A stretch of DNA of 63,384 nt, counting the filler, from Octopus bimaculoides (lineage: Eukaryota): assembly GCF_001194135.2 (NCBI RefSeq). It is 8 parts of 8 records of this genome, joined end to end, with 100 filler letters (N's around TTAATTAATTAA, not from the genome) between each part and the next. Parts side by side here need not be neighbours in the genome. Positions count along the whole stretch, not along the records: positions 61,945 to 63,384 come from NC_068984.1; 7 more parts are not named here. The stretch is one strand, 5' to 3'. The position numbers and the translations under genes were made by a program. The notes under the pieces are model-generated. The model saw nothing but the letters and a program-made list of their open reading frames with translations. It made no database searches and had not been told where the DNA came from. The stretch's first letter is position 1, and the number at the start of each line of letters is the position of its first letter. Positions 61,986 through 63,384 of the stretch are shown one piece after another.

Positions 61986-63384
61986 GTATATAATGTATAG
62001 GAAGCTATATTCTGTTGAAGACGAAGTATGTGTGTTTAGTTTCACGAAACAATCAGTGCATATGATTTCTTTGTAGTGTGGTCGGATGTATGTGCTGTAA
62101 ATCAGATCACTCTCTCCATTAAATCGACGTTGCATAAGCAGGAGCACAAGTGTCCCTCATTATCGCTGAGCAAGAGGAATGAAGTGTGTTTCTAAATAGC
62201 ACAACGCACTGCCCGGTCAGGAGATCGATACTACGTTCTAGCGTGCATATATATTCATGTAAATTCATATTGAATGTGTTTATGCTGAGTGGGTCGAGAG
62301 AAGAAATTTCGCTATAGAAAAATCTCCTCGTAAATATATACGGAAACATATATAGGGCTGCGAATGACGTCGTAGATGCTTATGATACTTACGTTTTTTG
62401 CGTTCTGTCATTCGGTCAGTCACGCATCTATAATTCATACTCCGACAAGAATAAGACCAATCTTACTAGAACAGTCAATGTTATGCGCGAGGATGTGTGT
62501 AACGCTTGATCAAGCAACGATTAAATAAACGATTTTGCACGAGGAATCATACTTCAATGAACGCTGCTTCCTTCGATTTTGTTTCATTCTAACTTCAACA
62601 GTTTTTACGCAATTCAGTGTACGTACTGTTTTCAGTTACGTTGTGCACTAAATAACAGTTTTGATATTCGTAGTTGACGAGACGAAGGCACGTAGAAGCG
62701 TCTGCATCAGTTCATTTATTAATATCATTTACATCTTTACACACATTCTCACGCATTCATAAATGGAAAACACTCTCGTGAGATTGTTTTCGGAGGGAAA
62801 TATCTCATCCATATGTATTCGAACTTGTTAATATCTTGTGAGTGATCACATGTCTACACGTTATTTTGCAACAAGATTTACCACTGTGATATTAGCAAAA
62901 TTTAGTTTACATTATTAATCGAAACAGAATATATATATATATATATAGCGACTTAATTGTGTTGTTACACTTTGCAATATATTTTGATGTTGGACAATTA
63001 CGAATTCATCAGAGACAATGTGCTATTGTTAATCTGAAGATCAGTGAGTGAATACGATTAATTAAATGAAAACATATTCAGAAATGCAGACGTCGCACGC
63101 TGGGAGAAGGTATATGTTATCTATGTCTCCATATCATCCTGTGTGTCACTAATTTCACTAGATTAATAAAAAGAAAATAAATTACTTTTGTTTTAAGTAA
63201 ACAGAAATATTATTTGTTTTGCATACGATAGAATATTTTCACAATCATATAATCATACATACAGATAAACACAACATCTATCCATTTTACTATGCGTGTG
63301 TTTATAGATATTCATGTGTCATATTCATATGTTTATAGGTATTCATATATATATATATATGTATATATATATACATATATATAT

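Overview
Eukaryotic, AT-rich, microsatellite- and SINE-dense genomic DNA. It is most likely Octopus: this is inferred from the SINE and RTE-LINE families and a linker-only C2H2 zinc-finger gene, and was not confirmed by search. The window is eight assembly pieces joined by artificial 100-nt linkers (44 N + TTAATTAATTAA + 44 N), so adjacency across those joins is unproven. Piece 1 (1-9712) is a nest of mobile elements. It holds a decayed Ty3/Gypsy integrase end followed by two tail-to-tail inverted LTR copies around a perfect 60-bp palindrome. It also holds a decayed Penelope-like retroelement (RT + GIY-YIG, minus strand) split by a complete 1312-bp DD34D mariner, two type-I hammerhead ribozyme motifs, and RTE-LINE 3' ends. 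Piece 2 (9813-27597) contains two in-frame spliced minus-strand exons encoding the ankyrin region of a BCOR/BCORL1 orthologue, which the ORF track does not recover as a gene. Pieces 3-5 are simple repeats, four SINE types and several MITE-like fold-backs. Piece 6 (52835-59921) carries an 11-finger C2H2 gene (55985-56971, +) flanked by a duplicated promoter-like module and RTE fragments. Almost all other ORFs in the track are microsatellite or N-gap artefacts. No rRNA, functional tRNA or CRISPR array is supported.
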